64,000 bases of DNA from Amphiscolops sp. MND2022 (GCA_964187785.1 OZ076409.1:806001-870000); one strand, 5' to 3'. Counted from the stretch's first letter, positions 41,342 through 54,847 are shown. Notes: generated from the sequence alone by a model not told the origin. A program made the numbers and translations.

Positions 41342-44300
41342 TATTTAACGAACGATCCCCCTACGACTTACACAAAAGATACAACAATAGAATGCGATGG
41401 AACTCCAACAGAGGACTGGCTGAGACGTCAGGCACTCGCCTCCATACGAAGACCCCTCATACAAACCGAAAAAGAGCAAACACCAGATGAGGACCATGGA
41501 GACGACCATAAACAACACCCAAATCTCATTCAGCCATCCCCGACCAACACAACACAATCCACCGCAACCCAAATAGAACAAACTGAAAACGCCCATGAAG
41601 ACCAACCACCGTCACCACTAACAAAGGAAGATACTCACGGCTCCACCCAAGTACCTATCTTCCCAGAAGATTTCCCCGCATCTCTCAACTCTATTAAAGA
41701 GTATGTTACTGAAAAGGACGGAGAGACGTACTTACCTCTCCACTCGACTATAGTCCTCAAGAGCAGGAGGAGAATGCTGTACTTGCCACTAGAATTTGGC
41801 GGAATAACAATGGATGGACTTGTCGACTCAGGTGCGTTCATCAATGCCATGTCCTGGTCGGACTACAATGCAATCAAAATGAACAGTGACAACTGTGTCA
41901 TAAAAGAGTATCCACAACCTCCTTTCAAAATCGAATGCGCAAATGCTCAACTGGAGCAACCAATAGCAACAGCCGATATACAATTCAACATAGGAACGTA
42001 TACCTTCACGGACACCTTCGTGATACTCTCAAAAACGTCCTTCCCAATAATAGGACTGAACTTCATGAGGAATCACCAAGCAGTGATAGATACAGCCAAT
42101 GGGACCATCACCTTCCCCCATGTCGAAATGACATTAGCCATGACAGATGAAAAGAAAAACTGTAACCCCAAACCACTCCAAATCATGACTGAAGGGAACC
42201 AGACACTGCCTCCACAACAAACAACAACCGTAAACGCAATAGTCATAACTACAAATGCAATTGACATCACAGGAGCAGTACAACCGCTACCACAGTTTGA
42301 CGAAACAGCAACCATCATCGTCGCACCAGCACTAGCCACAGCTCACAACAAACGAATCAATTTACGAATAGCCAACTTGACAGATTTCCCTCACACCATA
42401 AAAAATCACACCAAATTGGCAGAATTGCAAATCCTGCGGCCAGAAGACACCAAACAGATACGACCCATAGACGTCGCAACGCTAACCACTCTACAAGATC
42501 CAGATGACACACATATGTATGTGAATGAACTCATGAAATCCAGCGAAAATGAACAAAACGGTGAAAATTTCTGGTTCCCCACACCCGAGAACCCAGGAAA
42601 CGAAGAAGAACATACACCAATTCAACGAAGGATACTGAAAGAAATCCGTGAACTCATTCAAAAAGAAAAACTAGACCCAACCAAAGATCCAGAATCACGA
42701 AAACATTTCCTGGACATGTTCCAGTGGGAAGGTTCTCAAATCGAAGGCAATGACAGGAAGCAACTCGAGCAAACAATAGTCGAATACAACGATATCTTTG
42801 CCCGACATCGCCTTGACATCGGAATCAATAATAGCTTCAAAGTCAAATTAACTCCGAAAGACGAGCGTCCAATTTACACACAAAGCTTGCCAGTACCAAT
42901 TAACCTGAAAGAGGATCTAACAGTCGAATTAGCACTAATGCATAGGTACGGCATAATAACGACCCTACCATTCTCGAAATATGCAAGTCCAATTTTCGCA
43001 CAAAGGAAGCCAAATGGCAAACTGCGTCTACTCGTCGACCTACGAAAAATAAACGCACTAATTTCAGACGATTACATCAACAACAACCACCCAGTCAGCA
43101 CCCTGTCGGACGCAGCCCAACACTTAGCTGGGAAAAAGTTGTTCTGCAAATTAGATTGCTCCCAAGCATACCACTGTCTACAAATGGCAGACCAACGATC
43201 CATCGAGATGCTAGCATTCAACTTTGCAAGCAGAACCTTCGCATACAAACGGCTGGCACAAGGACTAAGCAGAGCATTATCGGCATTTTCAAGTTTCATG
43301 AGGGAATATTTGGATAAAGTAATCAAAGCTGACTAATGTGCGCAATATGAGGACGACATCGGCATAGCCGCCAACTCCGTGACGCAGCTGATACGAAACA
43401 TCCGAGCCGTCTTCGAATGCATCAGACAAGCAGGACTCAAACTATCCATTGACAAATGCCATTTTGGGGTGACCGAAGTCGAATTCCTTGGAAGGACGAT
43501 CACCCCACAAGGGATCGCCCCCAAGACCACAAGATACAGAAATTTTTAGCCAATGTGAGATTTCCAAAATCAAAGAAGCAAGTACAGAGGTACATTGGTT
43601 TTGTCAACTATTATCGCAACTACATCCCGCGATTGTCCGAAAAACTGCTCGGATTTTACGAACTATTGAAAGCACACAAGCAAATCAAGGTCACAGAAGA
43701 ACTACTCGATCACTACAAAGCGATCAACGCAGCATTGGCGCAAGCCTGTGGATTGGCTCTCAAACAACCAATCACAGGACGACAATACATCCTAATGACG
43801 GACGCCAGTTTCCGAGCCTCGGGCTATGCGTTGATGATCGAAGAAGACAACGACAAAAAACTCAATTCAAAAAAGAAGACATTTGCGCCAGTCGCATTCG
43901 GATCGAAAGTATTCTCCCCAGCACAGCTAAAAATGTCAATTTATTGCAAGGAATTTTTAGCAATATACCACGCCTTCCTAGAATACAGCCATATCCTGTG
44001 GGAAACAACTCTACCGACCTTAGTGATGACAGACAACAGATCAGTAACGCGGTTTTTCCAAACAAAAGCCATACCGCCTACCTTGTGGAACGCGTGCGAT
44101 TATGTACTACAATTCAATTTCCACATAATGCACGTGGCTGGTACACAGAATACAGCAGCTGATTTCCTATCGAGAATTGATCTCAACCCCAAGGAGAGAG
44201 TCGAATTAAAAATCAGAGAGGACATCACAATTCGCCCAATCCAAGTAAATCTACAGTCTACTGACGTCGCAGATGAAGAACAACTTTTCTTTCTTCCAGA

Positions 44301-46208
44301 TGAAACGATTGAAACCGAAGAAGATACACTCCTGCAGAAAGAACAAGCAAGACAAAATGCGCGCGACGAAGAGACGACAAAACTTAAACTAGCTATCAAA
44401 GAAACTAACCCAATCCCAATAAACAAAGCTTCCTACACCTTCGGGGCAATAAAAGAAGACGCGCGCATCAGAGCCGAACAAGATTCAAACCTAGTTTTCA
44501 AAGCAATCAAAAAGAAATTGATTTGTGAAGAATATGACAAACATCTCTTACAAACTGATCCGACAGCAAAACGTCTCCTCATCCACGAAAACAGACTAAT
44601 AGTCAAAGATGGCATCCTAATGCGTAAATATTACGGTGAATGTGGCCAAGTTACGCACCACCAAATACTAATCCCTGAACACTTGGTTCAGAACTTCTGA
44701 AAACAATACATGGACAAATGGGAAAACACCCAGGAATTACAAAAATGATTCAAGAATGCCGATCAAAGTACTATTACCCCGGTCTAGCAAAAAGAATCAG
44801 ACAATGGGTAATGCAATGTGAAGACTGTATCAAATACAAACGGATTAACAATAGCCAAATCAGACCAAAAATGATCAACAATACGGAACACGTCCTCGGC
44901 CCGGAGGACATTCTTGAAATTGACATATTACCAAATTTGCCAAACTCTGCGGGATACCAGAACATCGTTACGATGATCGACGTATTTTCACGTTACCTAT
45001 TTGCATACCCAACGCAGAATGTCACAGCGAAAACAATCGGACGATGTATTGTCGACGTCATGACAAGACACGCATACTTGCCAACATTAATCTTATCAGA
45101 CAAAGGCTCACAATTTCGATCAGAAGTCGTTACAGAAATAGCCCAGATACTCGAGATCCAAATCAGCCACGCGTCCACGAAACATGCACAAACGATCGGA
45201 CTTTTGGAAAGAACACATGCGTCAATCAAAACTGCACTAAAAATTTCCACGGGCGAAAGACGTTCGATGTGGCACAAATACGTCCAAATAGCCGTAATGA
45301 ACTACCATACAACATACCATGAGACTCTGGGCTGCGAACCATCTACAGTATTCCACGGACGAATACCCTACAATGTCCTTGACCTAAAACTGGGAATCAA
45401 ACCAAAATGGAAAACAACACCCAACTCGGACATAGCGGAGCAAATCCAAAAACAAATAGACGAGGTACGAGCGACAGCAAAGGACAACATCATGCTATCC
45501 TACCTCAAATACAAAAAATACTATGATCGCAAGGCATCAGCCGCCCCACTAAAAATCAACGACTATTGCTATATACTCAATCCGAAAGCCGACAATCAAT
45601 CGACAAAGTTTGCGTTTCAAGATTGCATTTGGACAGGACCGTACATAGTGATCAAAGTGCTTTCCAATAATAACTACACAATACGAAAGATTGGCACGAG
45701 ATATAAACAAACACTGCATCGAATCAGAATACGACCTTATGTGCCAGATCAACGCATACCCGTCGTCACAGTACGGTCAAACGAATACCTACCGGATCCA
45801 GACGTTAAAGTATCACACAATGAATGGTATGCAGTCTCGTGGGAAATGGATTTCGGAAAACAAATCGACGAACTCGACACATCAAAAAATACGGAGACTG
45901 AACAAAGAACAGAAATACAAGAGGTGACAAGTACAGACGACAACACGATGCCACAAAAATTAACTGACAATACAGACGAAATGATACCGCCGTCACCGGA
46001 CTTTTCGAATCTCACTACAGACGTAGGGGATAACCCATATATACGTCGCCCCCCACCCATTCAAAGTCCACCTATTCCCCCAAAATCTCCGCCTACAGTC
46101 GTTGGATATAATCCGAGAAAAACAGCGAAATATAATCTACGACCTAATCCTAAACCTAATGCTGACCCTGACTTTAGACGACTTGACGCAATGACTACGA
46201 CTCACTAA
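41294..46208 (+). pseudogene. pol: Element B pol (PR-RT-RH-IN), disrupted
   Basis: LVDSGA protease; LRLLVDLRKIN, LDCSQAYH, YEDD (probably mutated YVDD) RT; TDAS, KEFLA, TDN, ADFLSR RNase H; HHCC and DDE integrase; TAA at 43334, frameshifts near 43520 and 44690. Confidence 0.95.
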
Positions 46209-46422
46209 AAAATGAAAAGATAAATTCAGGAGTCCAGGCCGAACCGACCTGACAATTTTCAATTTACAGGCATACTACGACCTGAATAAATGTATTTTTC
46301 CTTTTATCACTCAAAATGTCATACTTCAGTTTGTATTCAATAATATATCGCAAAGGATAACAACAAAGAAATAAAACAACAACTACAATTCATACTACAG
46401 CGTACACAAAGATAAAGAAAAT

Positions 46423-49400
46423 TCATTTTCTCTCTGAACCCCCAGCAATTCCCTTACTCGAAGACTGCCCCGACTTCTTCTTACTCTTCTTTGATGCAGG
46501 TTCTCCAGTCCCCTCAACACTCTTCTTACGACCAAGCAATGAGGCAATACTTCCGTACACCTTCGTCTTACTAGGGCGAAAAGAACTAGATCCCCCCGAC
46601 GAAGAGCATGGGGGTGCGGAAACAGATGAAGCTGCCGGACTTTCCGATTGTGAAGAACATCCACCTTCACCACCACTTTCCACACTGTGACCAAGATCAC
46701 CCACACCACAGGGTGATTCACAACTGTTGCTCCTTTTGCGACTGATACGGTCATTTAATAGACGACGATAACGACCAACAAACGCAGACTGACCACCACT
46801 ACACAAGCCGTCCCAAGGGTCAAAATCAGAGCATAACATAAAGGAACTAGCACTGGCAATTGACTTCCGAACTTCACCAATTGTAAACTTTGTAAAAAAT
46901 GACCCCAGCTTGAACTCCGAAGACACAACACAACTCTGAACGCCCTGAATACACGTCGCGACAACAAGTTCAGGAACTGCGCAACCACTGCGATCTAAGT
47001 CTACTGCTGGAAATGTCATCCGAGGCTTTGAGACAACCAAACAGCACAGTTTGAACACTCGACATAATGACTTGCGAGCCAAAAAACTGTAATCGGATAG
47101 CAGATGATGGCGAACATCTTGGATAGCCTCAGCAATCCCTCCACTACTGACGTGTCGCGCTCGAGCATCAACAACAAACGTCGAATATTCTTCGGTAGCT
47201 GACTTTGACTCCAATGCAGAGATGACCCCACTCCGCTCTAACACACGGATCAACTTGCGAAACAACAATAACATATGATGGTCATCTCCCTCCAGTAGCA
47301 ACTCCGGACAGAATGAGTAAATACCTTGCGGAAGATCTCCAGTAACAGACTGCTGCGACAAAATGACAGTGACAAGACGATCCATGAATTTGCCACAGAG
47401 GCTCCGAAAAACTCGAGATTCTCCACTTTTATGACGACGAAGAACAGCGCCAAACTCATGGTTACACAGAAAATCGGCAGCAGCAACACTCTCATAGTCT
47501 TTCAGATTTGACGGGTCCATATACTCCTCCCATGCATCCAGACTGGGAAGAGAACCGAGCTTGCGACTGCGCGACAACAAACAGTAGACAAATTGGCAAA
47601 CTTCCATATAACCATGAAACCCGTAGTCAGGGCGACAAGCCAACTGTTTCTTGAACGAACACGAGTCTGAAACACAATATACCGACCAATAACCAACAAG
47701 AAAAAAAACAGTGTTTCCCCCACCCACTCCGTGCACAAAGAAAATAACACATAACAAACACGCTACATGAAAACCCAAGAAAACTAGACACCAGAATCAT
47801 ACTCACGGAGTTCGAGGATATGCAAGAGCAGGCCCAGACGCAATTCGCCAGTAGACTCAGAGTAGACATGCCAATCAGTGCCACGCATCTGCAACATACA
47901 GCCAACACTACTAAAGACCCGTTCACAATCACATGAACAATGAAGCCTACATGGAAAATCCCGACTATGAGAAAAAAAAGAAAAGAAAGACAAAGAATTT
48001 CTTACCCGGCCAGCTCCAGTCTTGAAATGTCGAGGACCAGTGTGTCTGACAAAATCCTGCACCGAGGACCACACGGCAATCAAGTCAGTAACGACAGCTC
48101 GCAAATCTACGAAGTCGACACGGCCAGCAACGATGCAGCGACGAAAGTTAGGCACACTCTCACACCAGGACTCCTGCAGAGCACCTCGCAACCGAAGCAC
48201 GAGATAATCGACCATCATCGTAGTCTCTAGGCTACCGAACACTTCCTGATGAGCAAGTCGGAAGCAATACAAAAATACTTCAGCGTCGAACTCCCGATAC
48301 ATGAGGAACTCACGTCCATCCACTCGAGTATCGCTGAAAACCCGCAACAAGGTCGGACTACCACCATGACATGACAACGGCATCTGACATGAGGCAGTAC
48401 TATCAATAACGCGAGATAGTCCAGCTAACTCAGCTTCAGGAACACGTTGCCCAACTGACTCCACCCTCACACAGACGCTCATCAACGTGTGGTCATCAAA
48501 AGTTTGAACAAAGCACTTGTGCAAACCATCCACCTCCGCAAAGAAGACACTGTTTTCCCGAAAGGCACTAATCCGAGCAACGAGAGCGCGCAACACACGA
48601 GGGAAGAGGGCTCCACAGATCAACGACTAAAACATAACGACGAATGCCCACTATATTTAAACAAAAAAGGGGAAAAGAAAAGAAAAAACAGCAAAAGAAA
48701 AAAAAGGAACAAACCCCTATCTGAATCAAAACCAAAACAAAAATACCAACCAATGACTCCGGTCGGCTCCACTGTATGCTGTACAGAGGGTTCTCGGGTC
48801 CAAGAGTTGCACGGAAACATCCCCACAACTTCCGCAAAAGGGTATGACTACCACCAAATCGCAACAGTTCGATCAAGCAATTAACCATCGACATGAGGGG
48901 CACGCTCGAATCTGGCTGGACACAAGCAGGAAGCAAATCTTCGGGGAAACTGAATCCCTCATCTTTTCCTTTACTAGGACGATTGCGGTACTCTTCCAAC
49001 TGTGCATCACTTAGAACCATGGGATCCATGAGGCGATTGTATACCGGCAAACCATTCTGCACACGATAAGTGACATCGAGTTGCCAGTGACGTTTCCCAA
49101 AAAAGTGCCGACTAAACTCGGCAGCACCCCGCGACTCCATGGAGACGTCCCGCTGACAAATCATGCAGTGAAACAGCTTGTTGGAGCCAGTACTCGAGCC
49201 GCTAACGAAAAGCTCATAGATGGGATTTCCAACGACCATATCCCGTCGAAGATGATTTCGTGGGCTATACACACGTTTCCGACTGCGATCAGCACTTTCC
49301 AAGGTCGTCTTCATCCGATTGATCAATTCTTCAAAACCTGCAATAAACCAACTATCACATAACTAAGCACCACGAGACAAAACTGTGGAAACAAACAGAA

Positions 49401-50449
49401 AAGACGAATCGCTCCAATTAGTTGATACACCAAATACAAGAATATACTCACGAGCAACGAAAGGGTCCAACGTGTGATTCTCTGCATCTGAAATGCCAGC
49501 CCTCAACACCTCACCAGATTGCACAGACATGCCAGGCAACGTAGTAACCACCTCACACGTCTCGTCTGCGTCCAACAAACTGAATCGCACAGTCGGTACG
49601 GCAATCCCCGTCCTATCCTCCAAAGAAGACTTCGAAGCCGACTGGTCATCAGTCCCACCATCCTCAGGGACAATAAGCTGTACTAAAACAGAAAGAAACT
49701 TCCTCGCATCAGCTGAGACAACCACAACGATACACTTCCCCTCATTTTTCCTTTCTCTCTCACTCTCACGTATACACATAAAAATTTAAAAGTCATCAAC
49801 AGACCAACTCACCACGTTTATTCTTCGACGATACAGCTTCAGCTCCGCCGGATGCTACTTCTTGTCGCAAGAATGACGCAAACCGCGGAGAAACAGTAGT
49901 CTGGCTACTCCCTGCTCCCTCTTTGAGAGGGGGGGAGCCCCCTCACCTTCGTGAGCGACCGCAACAACAGTGGGAGCAGCAACCTTGATGATGTCAGCCA
50001 AGGTAACGTCAGAATCACTAGAGCCATGCAAATCGGGAGCGGCAGGAGCAGGAACATCAACTGGAGAATCAGTAGCATGGTGCGTCGAATCAGCAAGAGG
50101 CACAAGAGAAACTCCAGAGAGATCACCAGGAAGAGAAGCTTTGAGCGCAGTGTTGGAAGCCCCAGCCAAAGGAGAAGAAAACCTCGGTTCTGGCAACAAA
50201 TAAACATCCCATAACGACGCGTCAGAAAATCTAAGCTGTGAAAGATGCAAACAGAAAAAGGCCAATCTGTAAAGAGCATTAATTCACGGAAAGCTTAAAG
50301 GAATGGGGAACAACAAACTCACCTGTTGCAGGCCGACGAACAACGTCCGCATCACTCGGATAAAAGTCTCCCTCAGAAAAGACAAATTGGGTCTCATTGC
50401 CGCTCTGAGCGCCGGTGTCAAGACGAAACCGAGGAGTTTCTTGATTCAT
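46423..50449 (-). CDS. Element B antisense 7-exon cargo gene (1087 codons): C2H2-type zinc finger plus inactive hAT-transposase-like region; one in-frame TAG in this copy
   Basis: Exons 50449-50323, 50189-49813, 49677-49452, 49337-48751, 48626-48006, 47888-47807, 47666-46423 (3264 nt, all phases match); GT-AG introns of 114-140 nt; finger FHCMICQRDVSMESRGAAEFSRHFFGKRH; basic C-terminus SKKSKKK; TAG at 49855-49857. Confidence 0.8.
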
Positions 50450-50480
50450 CACAAATAGCAGGAATCTGAAAACAACAACC

Positions 50481-50900
50481 AAATTGACGTCATCATAACG
50501 GTGACAAAATCAAAAGTTAGCTAAGCTAGCGAAATTGACGTTGGCATAACGTCGGCAAAAAGGTTATCTGGGTTAAGAAATTAATCCGATATCCTAAAAT
50601 GACGTCATCATAACGGTGACAAAATCAAAAGTTAGCTAAGCTAGCGAAATTGACGTCGGCATAACGTCGGCAAAAAGGTTATCTGGGTTAAGAAATTAAT
50701 CCGATATCCTAAAATGACGTCATCATAACGGTGACAAAATCAAAAGTTAGCTAAGCTAGCGAAATTGACGTCGGCATAACGTCGGCAAAAAGGTTATCTG
50801 GGTTAAGAAATTAATCCGTTATCCTAAAATGACGTCATCAAAACGGTGACAAAAATCAAAGTTAGCTAAGCTAGCGCAATGACGTCAGCATAACGTTGAC
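50481..50900. repeat. 115-bp tandem repeat, ~3.6 copies, rich in TGACGT motifs
   Basis: TGACGTCA recurs at 50485, 50600, 50715, 50830. Confidence 0.95.
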
Positions 50901-51115
50901 AAGCTCAGCCGAGCAAATTAATTTAACCAACAACCAATAAAACTCGATGTCGACATATCGCCCACACCTGAAGATTAAAAAAGATTAAAATGGTTGAACA
51001 GCCAATCAAAATGAAGGGATTTTTTCCCAATAATTTCCCTAATCCTAATCAACCCTGAAATTCATTGTGAAACAATCAAACTCGAAAAACAGCAGCCAAG
51101 AAATTTCGCCGCAGA

Positions 51116-51843
51116 ATGAACAACTTGTTAGATATCTACGAACTAATCGACATCTCGTCATCAAGCGAGGAGGAGGGCGAAATAACAAGATCGTCCACCC
51201 CAATACCTAGTGACAGCAGGGCCTATCCGGGGTTGGTCATCGAAATTCTGAACTCATCAGCAGAGGCGAACGCAGACGAGGAAGAATGCCTCGACCTATC
51301 GGTAAATTCACTAGAAACAGAATGCAAGAAAATGAAGCTGAGTGAGTCGTTCTCTAGTTTTGAAACTGTAGAATCGGGACAATGCCCCCACACTGAGTCG
51401 ACCGAAGAAGTTATTGCTGACTCCCCGGAAAGCCCTGATGAAAGTCTTCGGACATATTCATAGTAGAAGCCCCAGCTGTACAAACCGAATCAGTAACAAG
51501 TAGCAAAGTAGCCGAATATCTGGAGAAGGTGCAGCAAGAAGACGCCTCTTCATACTTTGTCACGCCCCCTGGTCCACTGAGAAGAATAAATCTGCTGACA
51601 ACTAGTCCTCTAAACGATCTGGAGGAGCCGAAATTAGCGCTAGACGAAGCCAAGGAAAACTACACTCGCGAAAATCACCTGCGACAGGCGTTCGACTCCT
51701 ATCAACCCGGTAAAGCCGTTCGCCCCATGACAGTGGCCCTGTCACAGTCCGCTCCCGGACTGGATTGCGGATGCAGGAGAGTTGGCTTTGGGCGTGGACA
51801 AGGGTGCACCGCAAGACTCACGAAAAGGTATTTTGGCTATTAA
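51116..51843 (+). pseudogene. Element B extra sense ORF (~240 aa, acidic/Ser-rich) running into the 3' LTR; 1-nt frameshift near 51445
   Basis: ORF 51116-51463 and a frame open 51442-51843 overlap and join with one added base (SPDESSSDIFIVEAP). Confidence 0.5.
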
Positions 51844-54144
51844 CTCGAACTCTAACTAAATTTAAATAAACTGTGACTTGAAATGCAATAATACTTTTGC
51901 CTAGCAAAAATTCCAAATAAAACTAGTGAACGCGTTCTAGATTTTTCATGCTCTCGCAAAATTGAATAAAATAGTACCGGAAATGTAAAATACACGTTTA
52001 CCGCGCGCAAATTTGAGCGGAAATGAAATAAGGAAGCAAAATAATCCAAAAATGATTTCACGCATGTTTGGCTGGACGAGCCAACCACGACAAATGAAAC
52101 ATTCACAACCTGAAAATTAGAATAAAACTATCCCAGGAATAAAGAGACCATAAGCTAATCTAAATGAAAATACATTTCATTCGGACCTAAAACAGGAAAT
52201 TACAGTGAGACAACACACCGTGGTAATTAAGCCTTTTCGTAGAAAGACAGCTTAATTACTCTTTTGAACAGCAATTAAAGTGATTTAGGACGTCAATACT
52301 GCGCTGAAAAAAACAAAGCGGCGAAAGAAACAAGATTACATGTATATTTGTCGTCAATAGGACGCAGACAAGTTTGAAGGCATACCAATTGACGTCACAG
52401 CCTCGCATAAGCGTACCAGGAAATCATTCCAATTATCCGCCTATACTAATAGCATAGGTAGAAATCATTCCAATTTACCGCCACTGTGACGTCACTGCTC
52501 CGGTAGCTAGCGAGAGACTCATTTCTAAAATACTCGTCAACATGACGTTGACAAGTTCATGAAATTCAACTCTGCCAAGAAAACTCGTCAACATGACGTT
52601 GACAAGTTTATGAAATTGAATAAAGTGAATGAATTTGCTGAATTTAGTCAAGTTTTCATCGCGTAAAAGCCGTTATTTCTTAAGGAAAGAAAATTGCAGG
52701 CTGTTGCAAATTGTATAACGAACGTATTGTTGATTTTTCCATGGTTTAAGGTCTCAATTTAGAATGCGTTTTGACACGAGCAGGATAATTTTAACCTCAT
52801 GTTAAGTAACTATCGTGCGCTCTTAACAATAAGGGAATTCCCGTGCATAAACCATCTTATTACAAGATTCCACAGTAGATTAATTAGGAAGTCACAGTTT
52901 ATTCTCTCCAACTAGAAGCTTATTATGTACCAGAAATGTATTTTTCATATATTTTGCATTTTTGTATTCTACAACATTGAGCGCTGTATTTGTGGCTGTG
53001 ATCATGTTTTCTATATTAATCCATCCGTTGCTGTCCAGTTATTTACGTTGTGTTGGTGTTGTCATTTAACGAACGTTGCTGTTAATTTTATAAACCTTGT
53101 CGCATTTGACGCGACATGACAAAGTTGCTAACAAAGTATTATTTTCATATCGTGATTTCATTCTCATCTCTATCAAAGGATTGAGTCCAAATTCATAAAA
53201 TATCGTCCTAGCATCGTTTAAATATTCCTATTTTGGAATTAGTCATAGCATTTTTATCAAAGCGAAGTTCAAAATCAGGTATTTGTTGTTCACGTCAGCG
53301 TCATCTCAGCGTCAATTTCCCGCGAACCAAAGCAGTAAAACAGGGAATCATTTCCGGTTTGACAGACTGAAGTAATATCTACTTCCTGCTTGGGAGGAAG
53401 CAAAAGGACGCCGAGATGAAACGATATGATCAAATTTGATGACTAATACTAAATGAAGATCATCGTGTCTCAAAAATTGACGAAATGTCGACGTAAAATT
53501 GGGAACAAAATGATTTTTTCATCGAGAATACAGGAAATGACTAATTGTTCGAGGAAAATTAGGGCTTTGTTCGTGATCAAATGATGCTGGGAGGGTATAA
53601 ATATGTTAGGAGTTGATGACAAAGGGACTCAGTCTTTTGCAATTGTACAATTCAGTTGAATTTTCAATTTCACTCTTGCCTTGTTCTACTTTGTCAGAAA
53701 AATCTTTGAAAGAAATTCAATTCTTCAAGATCAAACTTTTCTACAAAATGTCGACAACAAGAAGCCAAAAAAGAAGGAACGATCAGCAAAGCACCAGTGA
53801 GAACGTAAGTGAAGGCTTGATTTCACCCATAGTAGTAGGAAATCCTTGTTCTTTGAATCAGGACGATGAAGTAGCGGGGCCTTCTAGACCTAAATCCCCC
53901 CGGATTGAGAATAGTCTCTTTGAAAGCTTGAGAACTTCATTAAAGGAAGAAATAACGTCAGAGATTAAGAATCTTCTTATTGAATCTCAGAAGGAGATGT
54001 TGAAACTCCTTAAACCTGAAACAAGAGGGGTTATTAGAGAAAATACCGAAGAAGAGGTAGAGGAGGAAACTAGAAGTTTCTATACTCCTACAAAATCAGT
54101 GAGAATAAGTTCTACTCAAAACGACCCGATAGCATGTCGTAACA
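51740..54144 (+). repeat. Element B 3' LTR (2405 bp), contains an intact Gag N-terminal ORF from 53748
   Basis: Direct repeat of the 5' LTR; MSTTRSQKRRND... open to the terminal AACA. Confidence 0.93.
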
Positions 54145-54394
54145 GACAGAGCTAAATACCTACGAATGAGGAACAATATATTATCAATTAGAACTTTCCT
54201 TGATGTGAAAGCTTTTGGAAAATGATGAAAAGTTTCATTGCTCCCAGTTTTCATCGAAACATTGTGAATCTTTTCCAAAATCAACACCAACCCAAGACAG
54301 AACGAACCAGCTCGTGTACAACAGCTCTGCTAACACAAGTTTCATGCCGGAGCCGGATTGTTTTCAAAACGAATAAGTACCTATAAGGAATTCT

Positions 54395-54847
54395 GGACCA
54401 TGTGTTCAATCCCCCCCCCCCCCCCAAAAAAAAACTGCGACGGGGGGCGGGGGGGGGGGGGGGGGGGTGGGGGTTTGGGGTTTGTAAATAAGACAGAGGG
54501 TTCAAGTACCATTATGTCGACATCGTTTGCGTTGAAATTTTGGTCCAATAAAATAATTGATGTCGACATAATCCTATCCATTACATTGACTGTCAGTTAA
54601 AAGTTGCTCATTAGATTTCATAGCGGACAAAATTTGAACTGAAATAGGGGCCAATTTAGCTTGTTCCAAACGTGAATTTCTGCTATTTTGGACAATAATA
54701 TCAAAAAAATTATGGCAATTTTTTGCCTGAAGTGTCCAAACAGTTGTAGAGACAATCCCCTAAGTGTATACATTCATATAATATTCTCGTATTAGTGAAA
54801 TATTTTTATTCAAGAACAAAACGTGCTTTCGTGTTGGGAGGGGGGGT
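54395..54847. mobile_element. Partial inverted copy of the MITE at 62672-63133
   Basis: Reverse-complement similarity over ~400 bp; one GGACCATG terminus retained. Confidence 0.75.

Larger units (their letters stand above)
37983..54144 (+). mobile_element. Ty3/gypsy LTR retrotransposon B (16.2 kb) with an antisense cargo gene and an extra sense ORF
   Basis: Near-identical ~2.3-2.4 kb LTRs; TG...CA; TSD GACAG (37978-37982, 54145-54149); gag, PR, RT, RH, IN order. Confidence 0.97.

Noticed and set aside
43488..44162. 224-aa overlapping ORF inside B pol
   Set aside because: Alternative frame of the RT/RNase H region with no recognisable motifs
46423..50449. env gene, or a simple nested hAT insertion
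   Set aside because: Antisense, with no signal peptide or TM anchor; no TIRs or 8-bp TSD seen; a homolog occupies the same position in a second family
50481..50900. CRISPR-like array
   Set aside because: Head-to-tail 115-bp units with no unique spacers, no cas genes, eukaryotic context
54358..54600. Poly-Gly and poly-Pro ORFs
   Set aside because: Produced by G/C homopolymer runs inside a MITE end
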